This document shows, piece by piece, positions 11,301-18,946 of a DNA stretch of 64,000 bases. Both the position numbers and the translations under genes were made by a program. Within the stretch, counting starts at the first letter, position 1, and each line of letters starts with the position of its first letter. Under the pieces are notes generated by a model, which was not told the DNA's origin, ran no database searches, and saw only the letters and a list, made by a program, of their open reading frames with translations. Source of the stretch: Vicinamibacterales bacterium (GTDB lineage Bacteria; Acidobacteriota; Vicinamibacteria; Vicinamibacterales; JAMQPK01); contig CAWAKJ010000005.1 of NCBI GenBank assembly GCA_963782595.1, forward strand, positions 149,595-213,594. The letters run 5' to 3'.

Positions 11301-11672
11301 CGCGACGTGGCGAACACGGGATCGGGCGGGCAGCGGCCCAATCAAATCGGCTCGGGCGAGCTCGCCGACCCGACGATCGAGAAGTGGTTCGATACGGCGG
11401 CGTTCGTCGTGCCGGCCGACTTCACGTACGGAAACACGGCGCGCGGCATTCTGCGCGGCGACCACCAGTGGAACGTGGACTTCTCGCTGTTCAAGAGGTT
11501 CAGTGTCACCAGCTCGCAGACGCTGGAATTCCGGGCAGAGGCGTTCAATCTGCTCAACTCTGTGTATTTCGATCTGCCAAGCACCGCGATCGATACGGCG
11601 ACCGCCGGCCGCATAACCGCCACGTCGAATGCGGCGAGAACACTCCAGTTCGGGTTGAAGTACCTCTTCTAA
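8391..11672 (+). CDS. TonB-dependent receptor with carboxypeptidase-regulatory-like domain
   Basis: AAGGAGG RBS and signal peptide. GTVFDTQKAGIPGATITV...GTYNV module, terminal LQFGLKYLF. Confidence 0.9.
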   Translation: MTVRMLVVVVTALVTFGSPVFAQLQSGRIVGTVFDTQKAGIPGATITVTNMATNVSRTAVTDAEGNYVVTPIDPGTYNVSAEMSGFQTTRREGLIMTVGQAARVELTLNLGTLSTEVQVTAETPLLNTESATLSEVITNEQIVDLPLNGRGFHELARLTSGVALLPPTGNTQPVRPEVVNGNVIGGVAGSQTRFLLDGVDITEEHQGGTWIQTSVDALQEFSVSQNAYSAEFHGAGATFNVTTKSGGNAFHGSLFEFARNDKFDSKNFFAVNKEKLERNQFGGTLGGPVMIPGMYDGRNKTFFFASYEGHRRQQGVVDVSNVPSAAQRSGDFSGLAAIFDPLTTTTGTVTRTQFADNRIPTNRISPQAQFFMQYIPLPNAAGNTYVSNPITSFNQNQVTLRLDQEINSQHRFFTRYSRHVNAEDRQDRWDTLGATRLEGPAYNLAMSLTSNFGSSLVHEVRFSRMYGEYRSTAYFQGQGVSLVQQQAGVRGLAGIQDPNIASLPAFSFSGYTGFSGNAGDGRPKWQDRGEYELTDNLTWIKGRHILKFGGRMYHRNILFTDARSHNGVFNYTGVMTQRPGNTAGTGVSFADFLLGYPASVTRSNPATWWGGSGTYWHGFIQDDFRLTNNLTVNLGFRYEYTPWLTPYRNQGAVFDPTRAKSIIVSSENNQIDLGSQALADIGYQLFGDLIQTSSEAGVPLQLTANDNKQLAPRIGFAYRLGDRTVVRGGYGMFYEAEGTSGRLNFHFLPFSLSEAVNATTNVVPNRTTADFFLGVPFGASVGSVGWNPLTLDAEFGFDQRWNFGVQREIASRMSLEVNYVGTKGNNQQEAEPINLPPAAAGNIQLRRPYPRFGNMNIHSQARSTEYHALQTKLQKRTSGGLWYLVSYSYTSTQTTLPAPGIGGNFTYDTGPAGFDIPHLLAMSFGAELPFGSGKRFLSNAGTLANGLLGGWQAQSIVNYRSGLPFTPSVSRDVANTGSGGQRPNQIGSGELADPTIEKWFDTAAFVVPADFTYGNTARGILRGDHQWNVDFSLFKRFSVTSSQTLEFRAEAFNLLNSVYFDLPSTAIDTATAGRITATSNAARTLQFGLKYLF

Positions 11673-11681
11673 GAATCACAT

Positions 11682-11716
11682 GTAGGGCGGGTCTTGCAGT
11701 CCAAGACCCGCCCTAC
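11682..11716 (+). repeat. REP-like palindrome GTAGGGCGGGTCTTG...CAAGACCCGCCCTAC (copy 2)
   Basis: Same arms as 8333-8367 with a different loop (CAGTC). Lies 10 nt after the receptor stop. Confidence 0.6.
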
Positions 11717-11793
11717 TGACTGGCTGCTGGCTTCGGGCCCGGAGTCCGGAGCCTGTCGCCGATGGGTGTACCAATCCCTGTTATCATCTGCCA

Positions 11794-12666
11794 GTGAATA
11801 AGACTGCTGTCCTCCGCACAAAACCCGTTGAGGCACCGATCTCGCGTTACCGGGTGCAGGTCCTGGACCGCACGATTGCGGTGCTCCAGGCGATCGCCGA
11901 TTCGGAGACGGATTTGGCTGCGGCCGAAATCGCCCGGCAGCTCCGACTGCATAAGAGCACTGTTCACCGCCTGCTCGTCGTGCTCGAGCACTATCGCCTT
12001 ATCAAAAGGGGCCCGGAAGGGACCTACCGGCTCGGTACGCGTCTCATCGAGTTAGGCGAGTCGGCGATCGCGAGGCTCAAGCTGAGCGAACACGCCAAGC
12101 CATTCCTGCGCGAGCTTGCGAATCAGACCGGCGAAGGTGCGCACGTGACGATTTTGAGCGGCGCCGAGATGTTGTCGATTGCCCACGTCGAGGGCCGCTG
12201 GAGCCTGCAGTCGTTGACGAGGACAGGGCAGCGTACCCTGATCCATTGCACCGCGGCGGGCAAGGCCGTGCTCGCGTATCTCTCCCCTGAGGCGTGCGAC
12301 GAGGCGATTGCAAGGCTGCAGTTCGCGCGGCGGACCCGCCGGACCATCGTCAAGCCATCGGCGTACAAGATGGAGCTGATGCGCGTTCGCGAAGCCGGGT
12401 ATGCGGTTGACGATGAGGAGTTCGAAGAAGGACTCCGCTGTGTCGGCGCTCCGGTTTTCGACCATCGGGGGCACGTCGTGGCCTCGATCAGCACGGCCGC
12501 CCCGGTGTTCCGCCTCAGAAAGGATCAACTGCCACACGTCGCCCGCCTGGTCATCGCCGCGGCACAGGGCCTGTCCGAGGACCTGGGTTATCAGGATCCA
12601 ACGGCTTCCAAGCGCGAAACCGCTGCACGACTGGCGGCAGGCCGCGCGAAAGGCCGCCGGTCTTAG
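11794..12666 (+). CDS. IclR-family transcriptional regulator
   Basis: N-terminal wHTH (VQVLDRTIAVLQAIA...AAEIARQLRLHKSTVHRLL) and a C-terminal IclR effector-domain pattern. GTG start. Confidence 0.85.
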   Translation: MNKTAVLRTKPVEAPISRYRVQVLDRTIAVLQAIADSETDLAAAEIARQLRLHKSTVHRLLVVLEHYRLIKRGPEGTYRLGTRLIELGESAIARLKLSEHAKPFLRELANQTGEGAHVTILSGAEMLSIAHVEGRWSLQSLTRTGQRTLIHCTAAGKAVLAYLSPEACDEAIARLQFARRTRRTIVKPSAYKMELMRVREAGYAVDDEEFEEGLRCVGAPVFDHRGHVVASISTAAPVFRLRKDQLPHVARLVIAAAQGLSEDLGYQDPTASKRETAARLAAGRAKGRRS

Positions 12667-12768
12667 CCGGCCTGGCAGGATTTCACAATGTGATATTCCT
12701 GTCGTGGCGGTGAAACCGGTGGATTATAATATTCGGGCGCGTTTCAACAGCATTCAGAGGAGTTCGCT

Positions 12769-14148
12769 ATGCGGCGATTGATCGTCGGGGCCCTCTTCCT
12801 GTTCGTGGCGGCGATGGTAGTGACCCTGCCGCTGTCGACCACGTCCGTTTCGGCGGCGGTTCCCGCCAATCCCACATTCAACAAAGACGTTCTGCCGATT
12901 CTTCAGAAGAATTGTCAGGAGTGCCACCGGCCCGGCGCGATCGCGCCGATGTCGTTCCTCACGTTCACGGACACTCGTCCCTACGCGAGAGCGATCGCGA
13001 AGTCCGTCCTCAACAGGACGATGCCGCCATGGTTCGCCGATCCGGCGGTCGGGCACTTCGAGAACGCCAGATTCCTCAACCGCGAGGAGATCGAGACCCT
13101 CACTGCGTGGGCCGACAAAGGCGCAGTCGAGGGGGACGCCAAAGACAAGCCTGCGCCGGTGGTGTTCGACGATGGATGGACGATCGGCAAGCCGGACATC
13201 ACCGTGACGATGCCGAAAGACATCGAGATCCCGGCCACTGGAATCTTCGATCAGGCGAACGTGCTGGTGACCGCCCATTTTGACAAGGATGTGTGGGTGA
13301 AGGCCGCCGAAGTGCGCCCGGGCAATGCGCGGGTCGTTCACCATATGAAGGCGTGGATCCGCCCGCCGAATTCGACATGGATGAAGGACGCGCCTGAAGG
13401 CGTGATGTACAACCCGCCGCGCGGCGCGCAGGGATTCGATGGTGTCGCGCCCCAGGCGCCACCGTTGTCGGCGACCGGCTACCTTCCCGTGCAGGACATT
13501 CTGGCGAAATACAATCCCGGCGTCGAAGGCCAGGAGTTCGCCACCGGCAATGCGGCGAAGTTCATCGCCGCCGGTTCAGACATCGTGTTCGAGGTGCATT
13601 ACACCGCGACGGGCAAGCCGGAAACCGATCGGTCATCGGTCGGAATCGTCCTTGCTGATGGTCCACCGCGGCAGCGTCATCTCACGACGACGGCGATTAG
13701 CTCGCGCGATTTCGAGATCCCCGCAGGCGCAACGAACCACGTCGTGACCGGCGAGACCGTCGTCAACGAGCCTGCAAAGCTGGTCTGGATACAGCCGCAC
13801 ATGCACTATCGCGCCAAGGACTATGTGCTGACGGTCGTGTATCCGTCGGGCGAGGAGCAGACGATCCTTCGTGTGCCGAATTACCGGTTCGACTGGCAGA
13901 TCGGGTACGAACTCGCCGAGCCGATCGATCTTCCCAAGGGCACGAAGTTCAAGACCGTTGCGCACTACGACAACTCGCCCGCGAACAAGTTCAATCCCGA
14001 CCCGACGAAAAACGTGACATACGGGGCGCAGAGCTGGGACGAGATGCACGTGACGTTTGTCGGAATTCTGATCGACGCCAAGACGAATCCGGCCCGGACG
14101 TTCGGCGGAGGCGCAGGCCGCCGACCGGTCGCACCGGTCCCCGAGTAG
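12769..14148 (+). CDS. Secreted protein: N-terminal CxxCH haem motif fused to a PHM/DBM-like copper monooxygenase fold
   Basis: Signal peptide, CQECH, then VVHHM, QPHMHYR and WDEMH motifs in the order of the CuH/CuM ligand sets of peptidylglycine monooxygenase. Confidence 0.65.
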   Translation: MRRLIVGALFLFVAAMVVTLPLSTTSVSAAVPANPTFNKDVLPILQKNCQECHRPGAIAPMSFLTFTDTRPYARAIAKSVLNRTMPPWFADPAVGHFENARFLNREEIETLTAWADKGAVEGDAKDKPAPVVFDDGWTIGKPDITVTMPKDIEIPATGIFDQANVLVTAHFDKDVWVKAAEVRPGNARVVHHMKAWIRPPNSTWMKDAPEGVMYNPPRGAQGFDGVAPQAPPLSATGYLPVQDILAKYNPGVEGQEFATGNAAKFIAAGSDIVFEVHYTATGKPETDRSSVGIVLADGPPRQRHLTTTAISSRDFEIPAGATNHVVTGETVVNEPAKLVWIQPHMHYRAKDYVLTVVYPSGEEQTILRVPNYRFDWQIGYELAEPIDLPKGTKFKTVAHYDNSPANKFNPDPTKNVTYGAQSWDEMHVTFVGILIDAKTNPARTFGGGAGRRPVAPVPE

Positions 14149-14153
14149 CACGG

Positions 14154-14212
14154 GTTAGTAGTGTCCGGCTTTAGCCGGACCGAGCGTTAGTAGTGTCCGG
14201 CTTTAGCCGGAC
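14154..14212 (+). repeat. Two perfect tandem copies of GTTAGTAGTGTCCGGCTTTAGCCGGAC
   Basis: Identical 27-nt units at 14154-14180 and 14186-14212. Each contains the hairpin GTCCGGCT-TT-AGCCGGAC. Confidence 0.85.
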
Positions 14213-14229
14213 GTGAGGAGCAGATCGCG

Positions 14230-15303
14230 ATGAGGAACGCTTGTCTCGCAGGCGCGGCAATCATCTCTGTGATCGGCGGCATCACCTTCGCGCAAGGCCC
14301 CTCGGCCCTTCGGCCCTTCGAGAGCCTCAGGGTCGTCCCGAGCAGCGTCGAGGGACGGCAGGCTCAGGGCCGTCTCGAGCAGAGTCGAGAGACGGCACCG
14401 CGCGCGTCCGCCGGACCGATTGCCACGCAGCGGCCACTCGCCCAGCGCATCGCTCATTACGATCCGGCGAAAAACCGGCTCTCGCCGTCAGTGCACGCGG
14501 GCGCCGGTCCGCTGAGTTACGGTTCGATGCTCGGCGAAGACGATACCGACACCAACCTCTGGTTCCTGCACCGCGGCTTCATTCATCCCAAAGGCGGCAT
14601 CGGCGGTCATTTCCACAATAACTGCGAAGAGATGTTCGTCATTCTCGACGGAGAAGCGCAGTTCACGATCGATGGCCGTACCTCGCTGCTGAAGGGGCCC
14701 GCCGGCGCACCGGTGCGCATGGGTCACTGGCACGCGATCTACAACCCGACCGACAAGCCTGTCGAGTGGATGAACATCAACGTGACGGCCATCAAGGGAT
14801 GGTACGACGCATTCGATCTCTCCGACTCGCGTGTGAACGCGCCGCTCGATCCGGTTCCGCCGTTCATGACCATGCGGCTAGACCGCACGTTGCTGCGGCC
14901 GTTCAACGCCGTTCAAGGCGGTAAAGGCGAAGTGCAGGCACGGCGCGCCCTGGATGTGCCGGTGTTCCTCGGGCCGTGGGGATATGTCGATCACCTGTTG
15001 ATTCCGGCCGGGTCGTCCATCGGGCCGAGCACCAATGCCGAGATCGGCGGGTTCTACTACGTGCTGGCCGGCGAGGGAACCGTGACGATCGGCTCCGAAA
15101 CGGCGGCGATCAAAGCGCACGACGCGGTGCCGTTGAGGTTCAACGAGACCAAATCGTTTGCCGCGTCGGCTAATGCGCCTCTGGAGTTGATGGCGATCGG
15201 TGTCGTCAAGGACGCTGCCCGCCGGTTCGAGATCGTCGGCCGCAACCCCTTCGTGCCGGCTCGCGGAACGCCGCCGGCGCGCGGCGCGGCGCCGCCGCGC
15301 TAG
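14230..15303 (+). CDS. Periplasmic bicupin protein
   Basis: Signal peptide. Cupin motif 1 [17 protein letters not shown] and motif 2 [14 protein letters not shown]. The second cupin half lacks the His ligands. Paralogue at 20704-21664. Confidence 0.8.
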   Translation: MRNACLAGAAIISVIGGITFAQGPSALRPFESLRVVPSSVEGRQAQGRLEQSRETAPRASAGPIATQRPLAQRIAHYDPAKNRLSPSVHAGAGPLSYGSMLGEDDTDTNLWFLHRGFIHPKGGIGGHFHNNCEEMFVILDGEAQFTIDGRTSLLKGPAGAPVRMGHWHAIYNPTDKPVEWMNINVTAIKGWYDAFDLSDSRVNAPLDPVPPFMTMRLDRTLLRPFNAVQGGKGEVQARRALDVPVFLGPWGYVDHLLIPAGSSIGPSTNAEIGGFYYVLAGEGTVTIGSETAAIKAHDAVPLRFNETKSFAASANAPLELMAIGVVKDAARRFEIVGRNPFVPARGTPPARGAAPPR

Positions 15304-15324
15304 GCGGTTTCCAATGTGCGTAGT

Positions 15325-15391
15325 GTCCGCCTTCAGGCGGACCTCGTGAAGTCCGGCTAAAGCCGGACGCTACGTGCGGCACGCCTTTTTT
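15325..15391 (+). terminator. Three consecutive hairpins, the last followed by a T-run
   Basis: GTCCGCCTTCAGGCGGAC (15325-15342), GTCCGGCTAAAGCCGGAC (15351-15368), CGTGCGGCACG (15373-15383), then TTTTTT (15386-15391). Confidence 0.55.
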
Positions 15392-15511
15392 ACCCACCCC
15401 GGTCAGATCCGCCCTTTTGGATTGTCCAACGAAACCTGATTTCGCATTGCGAGACTATGGTAGGGTTTACCAAATCCATCCGGGAGGTTTCGTCGTTCAG
15501 GAGGTGTAGCC

Positions 15512-15955
15512 GTGAAGCGCTCCGGTTTCCTGATAGTTCTCGCGTTTTTGCTTCTATTGATTGTCACCGGGGTGCCGTCCGCGCAGAGCGCGGACGCGGA
15601 CGTGCGCAAGGCCGAGCGCGATCGGTTCGCCGCCATGGTGAAGAACGATGTGGCCGCTCTCGACAAGCTGCTCGCCCCTGAGCTGATTTACACCCACGGC
15701 GACGGCCGCGTCGTCGACAAGGCCGGCTTCATCGCCGACCTCAAAACCGGCGACTTCAAGTACGTCAGCATCGACGCAGCCGATCCGAAAGTGCGCGTCA
15801 TCGGCGATACGGCGATCGTCGCCGGCGCTGCCGGGATGAGCGTCGTCAACAAAGGCGCCCCGGCCAAGATTCGCATCGTCTACTCGAACACACAACTTCG
15901 TCGCAACGGATCGTGGCAGATGGTTTCCTGGCATGCCACGCGGCTTCCTCAATAG
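15512..15955 (+). CDS. Secreted SnoaL-like / DUF4440-type (NTF2 fold) protein
   Basis: AGGAGG RBS, GTG start, signal peptide. The pattern ELIYTHGDGRV...NGSWQMVSWHAT is typical of DUF4440. Confidence 0.65.
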   Translation: MKRSGFLIVLAFLLLLIVTGVPSAQSADADVRKAERDRFAAMVKNDVAALDKLLAPELIYTHGDGRVVDKAGFIADLKTGDFKYVSIDAADPKVRVIGDTAIVAGAAGMSVVNKGAPAKIRIVYSNTQLRRNGSWQMVSWHATRLPQ

Positions 15956-15973
15956 GGAAGAGGGAGGGGAGCA

Positions 15974-18946
15974 ATGAGACCGACTATTGGCCTGGCAGTT
16001 CTGATCGGGTTGGTCATCGTCGCCACGCCGGCGCGGGTTGAGGCGCAGGGCGCGAGCGGCATGGCCGGCGTGGTTCGCGACACGAACGGCGGGGTCATGC
16101 CCGGCGTCACGGTGGAGGCATCGAGCGATGCGTTGATCGAGAAGGTCCGCACGACCGTGACGGGCGCCGATGGCAGCTACAGAATTCTCGACCTGCGTCC
16201 GGGCGTCTATACCGTGACGTTTGCGCTCAGCGGCTTCCGGACAATTCGCCGCGAAGGCGTCGAGCTTCCTGCAGCCTTTACGGCGACGATCAATGCCGAT
16301 CTGGAGGTTGGGGCCATCGCCGAGACGATTACCGTGAGCGGCGCCGCGCCTCTCGTGGACGTGCAGAACGTCACGTCCAATCAGGTGATGTCCAGAGAGC
16401 TGCTCGATGCCATCCCGGTGACCTCGCGATCTCCGCAAGGCTTCGCTGCGTTGATGCCGGGTGTCATTGGTCAGGGCATCGCCGGTACACCCGGCGGCCG
16501 CGAAGAGATGAACACCGGCAGCCACGGCGCGCAGGCGCGCGATTCGCTCTACCTCATCGACGGCGCGAGCGTTGGCGGCGTGCGCGGTGAAGGAGGAGCG
16601 GCAGCCTTCTTTCGTATCTCTCAGGCCTACGTCGGCGAGATCACCGTCACCCTTGGTGGAGGCACGGCCGAACTCGCCTACAGCGGGACCGTCACCAATG
16701 TGATCCCCAAGGAAGGGGGCAATCGCATCGCGGGCACGGTGTACTTTGACTATGCCGGCAAGAGTTTCTCCGCGAGCAATCTGACGCCGGAGCTCGAAGC
16801 TCAGGGCTTCACAAAGGACAGCCTCAGCAATCTTCGCAAACTGTGGGACGTCAGTCCGTCGGTCGGCGGCCCGATTGCATCGAACAAACTCTGGTTCTTT
16901 ACCTCATTCCGTCATGCCGGCAGCGTGCAGACGCGTGCGGGACTCTTCGAAAACGCAACGCCGCTCGGATGGGTCTACACACCAGACAGAACCAAGCCGG
17001 CCGTCATCAGGCTCGTGGACAAGAGCCAGAACCTGCGGCTCACCTGGCAGGCGACGCAGAAGAACAAGTTCAGCGCGTTTGTCGACAATCAGCCGCACAT
17101 CGTCTATCAGCGCGGTTATCAGAATCAGATCTCGCCAGAGGCGACGGCGTACGCGCCGTTTCCGAATTTCTTCTACGCACTCAACTGGAAATCGACAGTC
17201 AGCAGCCGGCTGCTGGTGGACTCCAGCCTGACATACAACTCGACGGATATTCCACAGTACCCGCACACACCGGAGACCTGCGATTGTGACTCGCCGGCCG
17301 TGACGCCAGACGTGATCTCGGCCCTCGACAGCCAGACTGGCATCATGTTCCGGGCCAACTCGGGCCTGCTGAACGTCGAGCCCTATGGCAACAGCAACAG
17401 CCGGGCGATTCGATACATCTCCAGCCTCTCGTACGTCACCGGCAACCACGCGGCGAAAATCGGGTTCAGGTTGATGCGAGGCCGCGAGTGGTTCGGATGG
17501 GACATCAACGGTGCACGCGGCTACACGTTGCGCAGCGGAGTACCGCAGTCGATTACGCAATGGGCGACGCCGATCCGCTGGCAGAACAACGTGAACGCGG
17601 ATTTTGGACTGTTCGTCCAGGATCAGTGGACGATGAAGAGAGTGACCGTGACCGGCGGCCTCCGCTATGACTATTGGGATGGCGGTGCCGAAGCCACGGA
17701 TCTGGGAGCAGGTCCGTACGTGGGCGCCCGCAGCTTCGCCGGCACGGAACACTACCCGCGCTGGAAGGACTTGTCGCCTCGCATCGGCGTCGCATGGGAC
17801 GTGTTTGGCGATTCGAAGACGGCATTGAAGGCGAGCGCCGGCCGTTTCATCACCACGACATCGAGCTCGGGCGGCTTCGGTGCGCCGTTTGGCGGAGACA
17901 GCCCGAATCCGGTGGTTCGCTCGGTGTTGTCTGTCACTCGCAACTGGACCGACTCGAACAGCAACTACATTCCTGATTGCGATCTGAGGAATCCTCTGAT
18001 AAACGGCGAGTGCCAACAGATCAGCAACCTGAATTTCGGTCAGAACAACCCGAACGCGCTCACGATCTCGCCCGACATCCTCAATGGCAATCGTCAAAAC
18101 AACTGGGACATGTCCGTCGTGCTGCAGCGACAGCTCATGACCGGTGTGTCGGTGTCGGGAGGCTATTACCGGAAGATCTTCCAGAACTTCACGGTGACCG
18201 AGAACGTCCTGTTCCAGCCTTCCGACTACAAGGAGTACTGCGTGACCGCTCCCGTGGATTCGCGTCTGCCCAACGGGGGCGGATATCAGATGTGCGGCCT
18301 CTACGACCTCGACCCGACGCTCTTCGGCCGAGGCACGCAGGCGATTCAGCTCGAGTCGATGTTCGGCGAGCGCAAATCGTCGTACGACGGGTTCGATCTC
18401 ACCGGTCAGGCGCGGTTGCCACGCGGCGTCAACATTTCGGGCGGCATGAACATGGGACGAACCCGCACCAATACGTGCTTTGTCGTCGACTCGCCGCAAG
18501 CGTTGCGCTTCTGCGACACCAGGCCGCCCTTCCAGCCGAACATGGCGTTTGTGGGCGTGCTCCCGCTGCCCTGGTATGGAATCTCGACGGCCTTCACCTA
18601 TCGCGACTATCCCGGGTTCGGGATCACGGCCACGCAGCAGTACACGGCAGCGCAGATTGTTCCATCGCTTGGCCGTCCGTTCTCGAGCGGCGCGAACGGG
18701 ACGGTGAACGTGCCATTAATCGAGCCCGGCACCATGTTCGGGCCGCGCCAGCGACAGTTTGATTTCCGGCTATCGAAGCGATTCCGGTTCGACGCGTTGC
18801 GCTTCGCTGCGAATCTCGATGTGTCGAATCTGATGAACTCGAGCACGGCCACGGGAGCCGTCACCACGTTCGGTTCGAATTGGTTGAGGCCAACGCTCAT
18901 CCAGAAGGGACGCTGGATGAAGATCGGATTGCAGCTGGATTTCTAA
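15974..18946 (+). CDS. TonB-dependent receptor with carboxypeptidase-regulatory-like domain
   Basis: Signal peptide, GVVRDTNGGVMPGVTVEA...GVYTV module, barrel, terminal GLQLDF. Confidence 0.9.
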   Translation: MRPTIGLAVLIGLVIVATPARVEAQGASGMAGVVRDTNGGVMPGVTVEASSDALIEKVRTTVTGADGSYRILDLRPGVYTVTFALSGFRTIRREGVELPAAFTATINADLEVGAIAETITVSGAAPLVDVQNVTSNQVMSRELLDAIPVTSRSPQGFAALMPGVIGQGIAGTPGGREEMNTGSHGAQARDSLYLIDGASVGGVRGEGGAAAFFRISQAYVGEITVTLGGGTAELAYSGTVTNVIPKEGGNRIAGTVYFDYAGKSFSASNLTPELEAQGFTKDSLSNLRKLWDVSPSVGGPIASNKLWFFTSFRHAGSVQTRAGLFENATPLGWVYTPDRTKPAVIRLVDKSQNLRLTWQATQKNKFSAFVDNQPHIVYQRGYQNQISPEATAYAPFPNFFYALNWKSTVSSRLLVDSSLTYNSTDIPQYPHTPETCDCDSPAVTPDVISALDSQTGIMFRANSGLLNVEPYGNSNSRAIRYISSLSYVTGNHAAKIGFRLMRGREWFGWDINGARGYTLRSGVPQSITQWATPIRWQNNVNADFGLFVQDQWTMKRVTVTGGLRYDYWDGGAEATDLGAGPYVGARSFAGTEHYPRWKDLSPRIGVAWDVFGDSKTALKASAGRFITTTSSSGGFGAPFGGDSPNPVVRSVLSVTRNWTDSNSNYIPDCDLRNPLINGECQQISNLNFGQNNPNALTISPDILNGNRQNNWDMSVVLQRQLMTGVSVSGGYYRKIFQNFTVTENVLFQPSDYKEYCVTAPVDSRLPNGGGYQMCGLYDLDPTLFGRGTQAIQLESMFGERKSSYDGFDLTGQARLPRGVNISGGMNMGRTRTNTCFVVDSPQALRFCDTRPPFQPNMAFVGVLPLPWYGISTAFTYRDYPGFGITATQQYTAAQIVPSLGRPFSSGANGTVNVPLIEPGTMFGPRQRQFDFRLSKRFRFDALRFAANLDVSNLMNSSTATGAVTTFGSNWLRPTLIQKGRWMKIGLQLDF

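Noticed and set aside
18860-18885. The GGTTCGAAT string, which resembles a tRNA T-arm.
   Set aside because: It lies inside the receptor coding sequence, with no acceptor or anticodon stems around it. No tRNA-like cloverleaf was found anywhere in the window.
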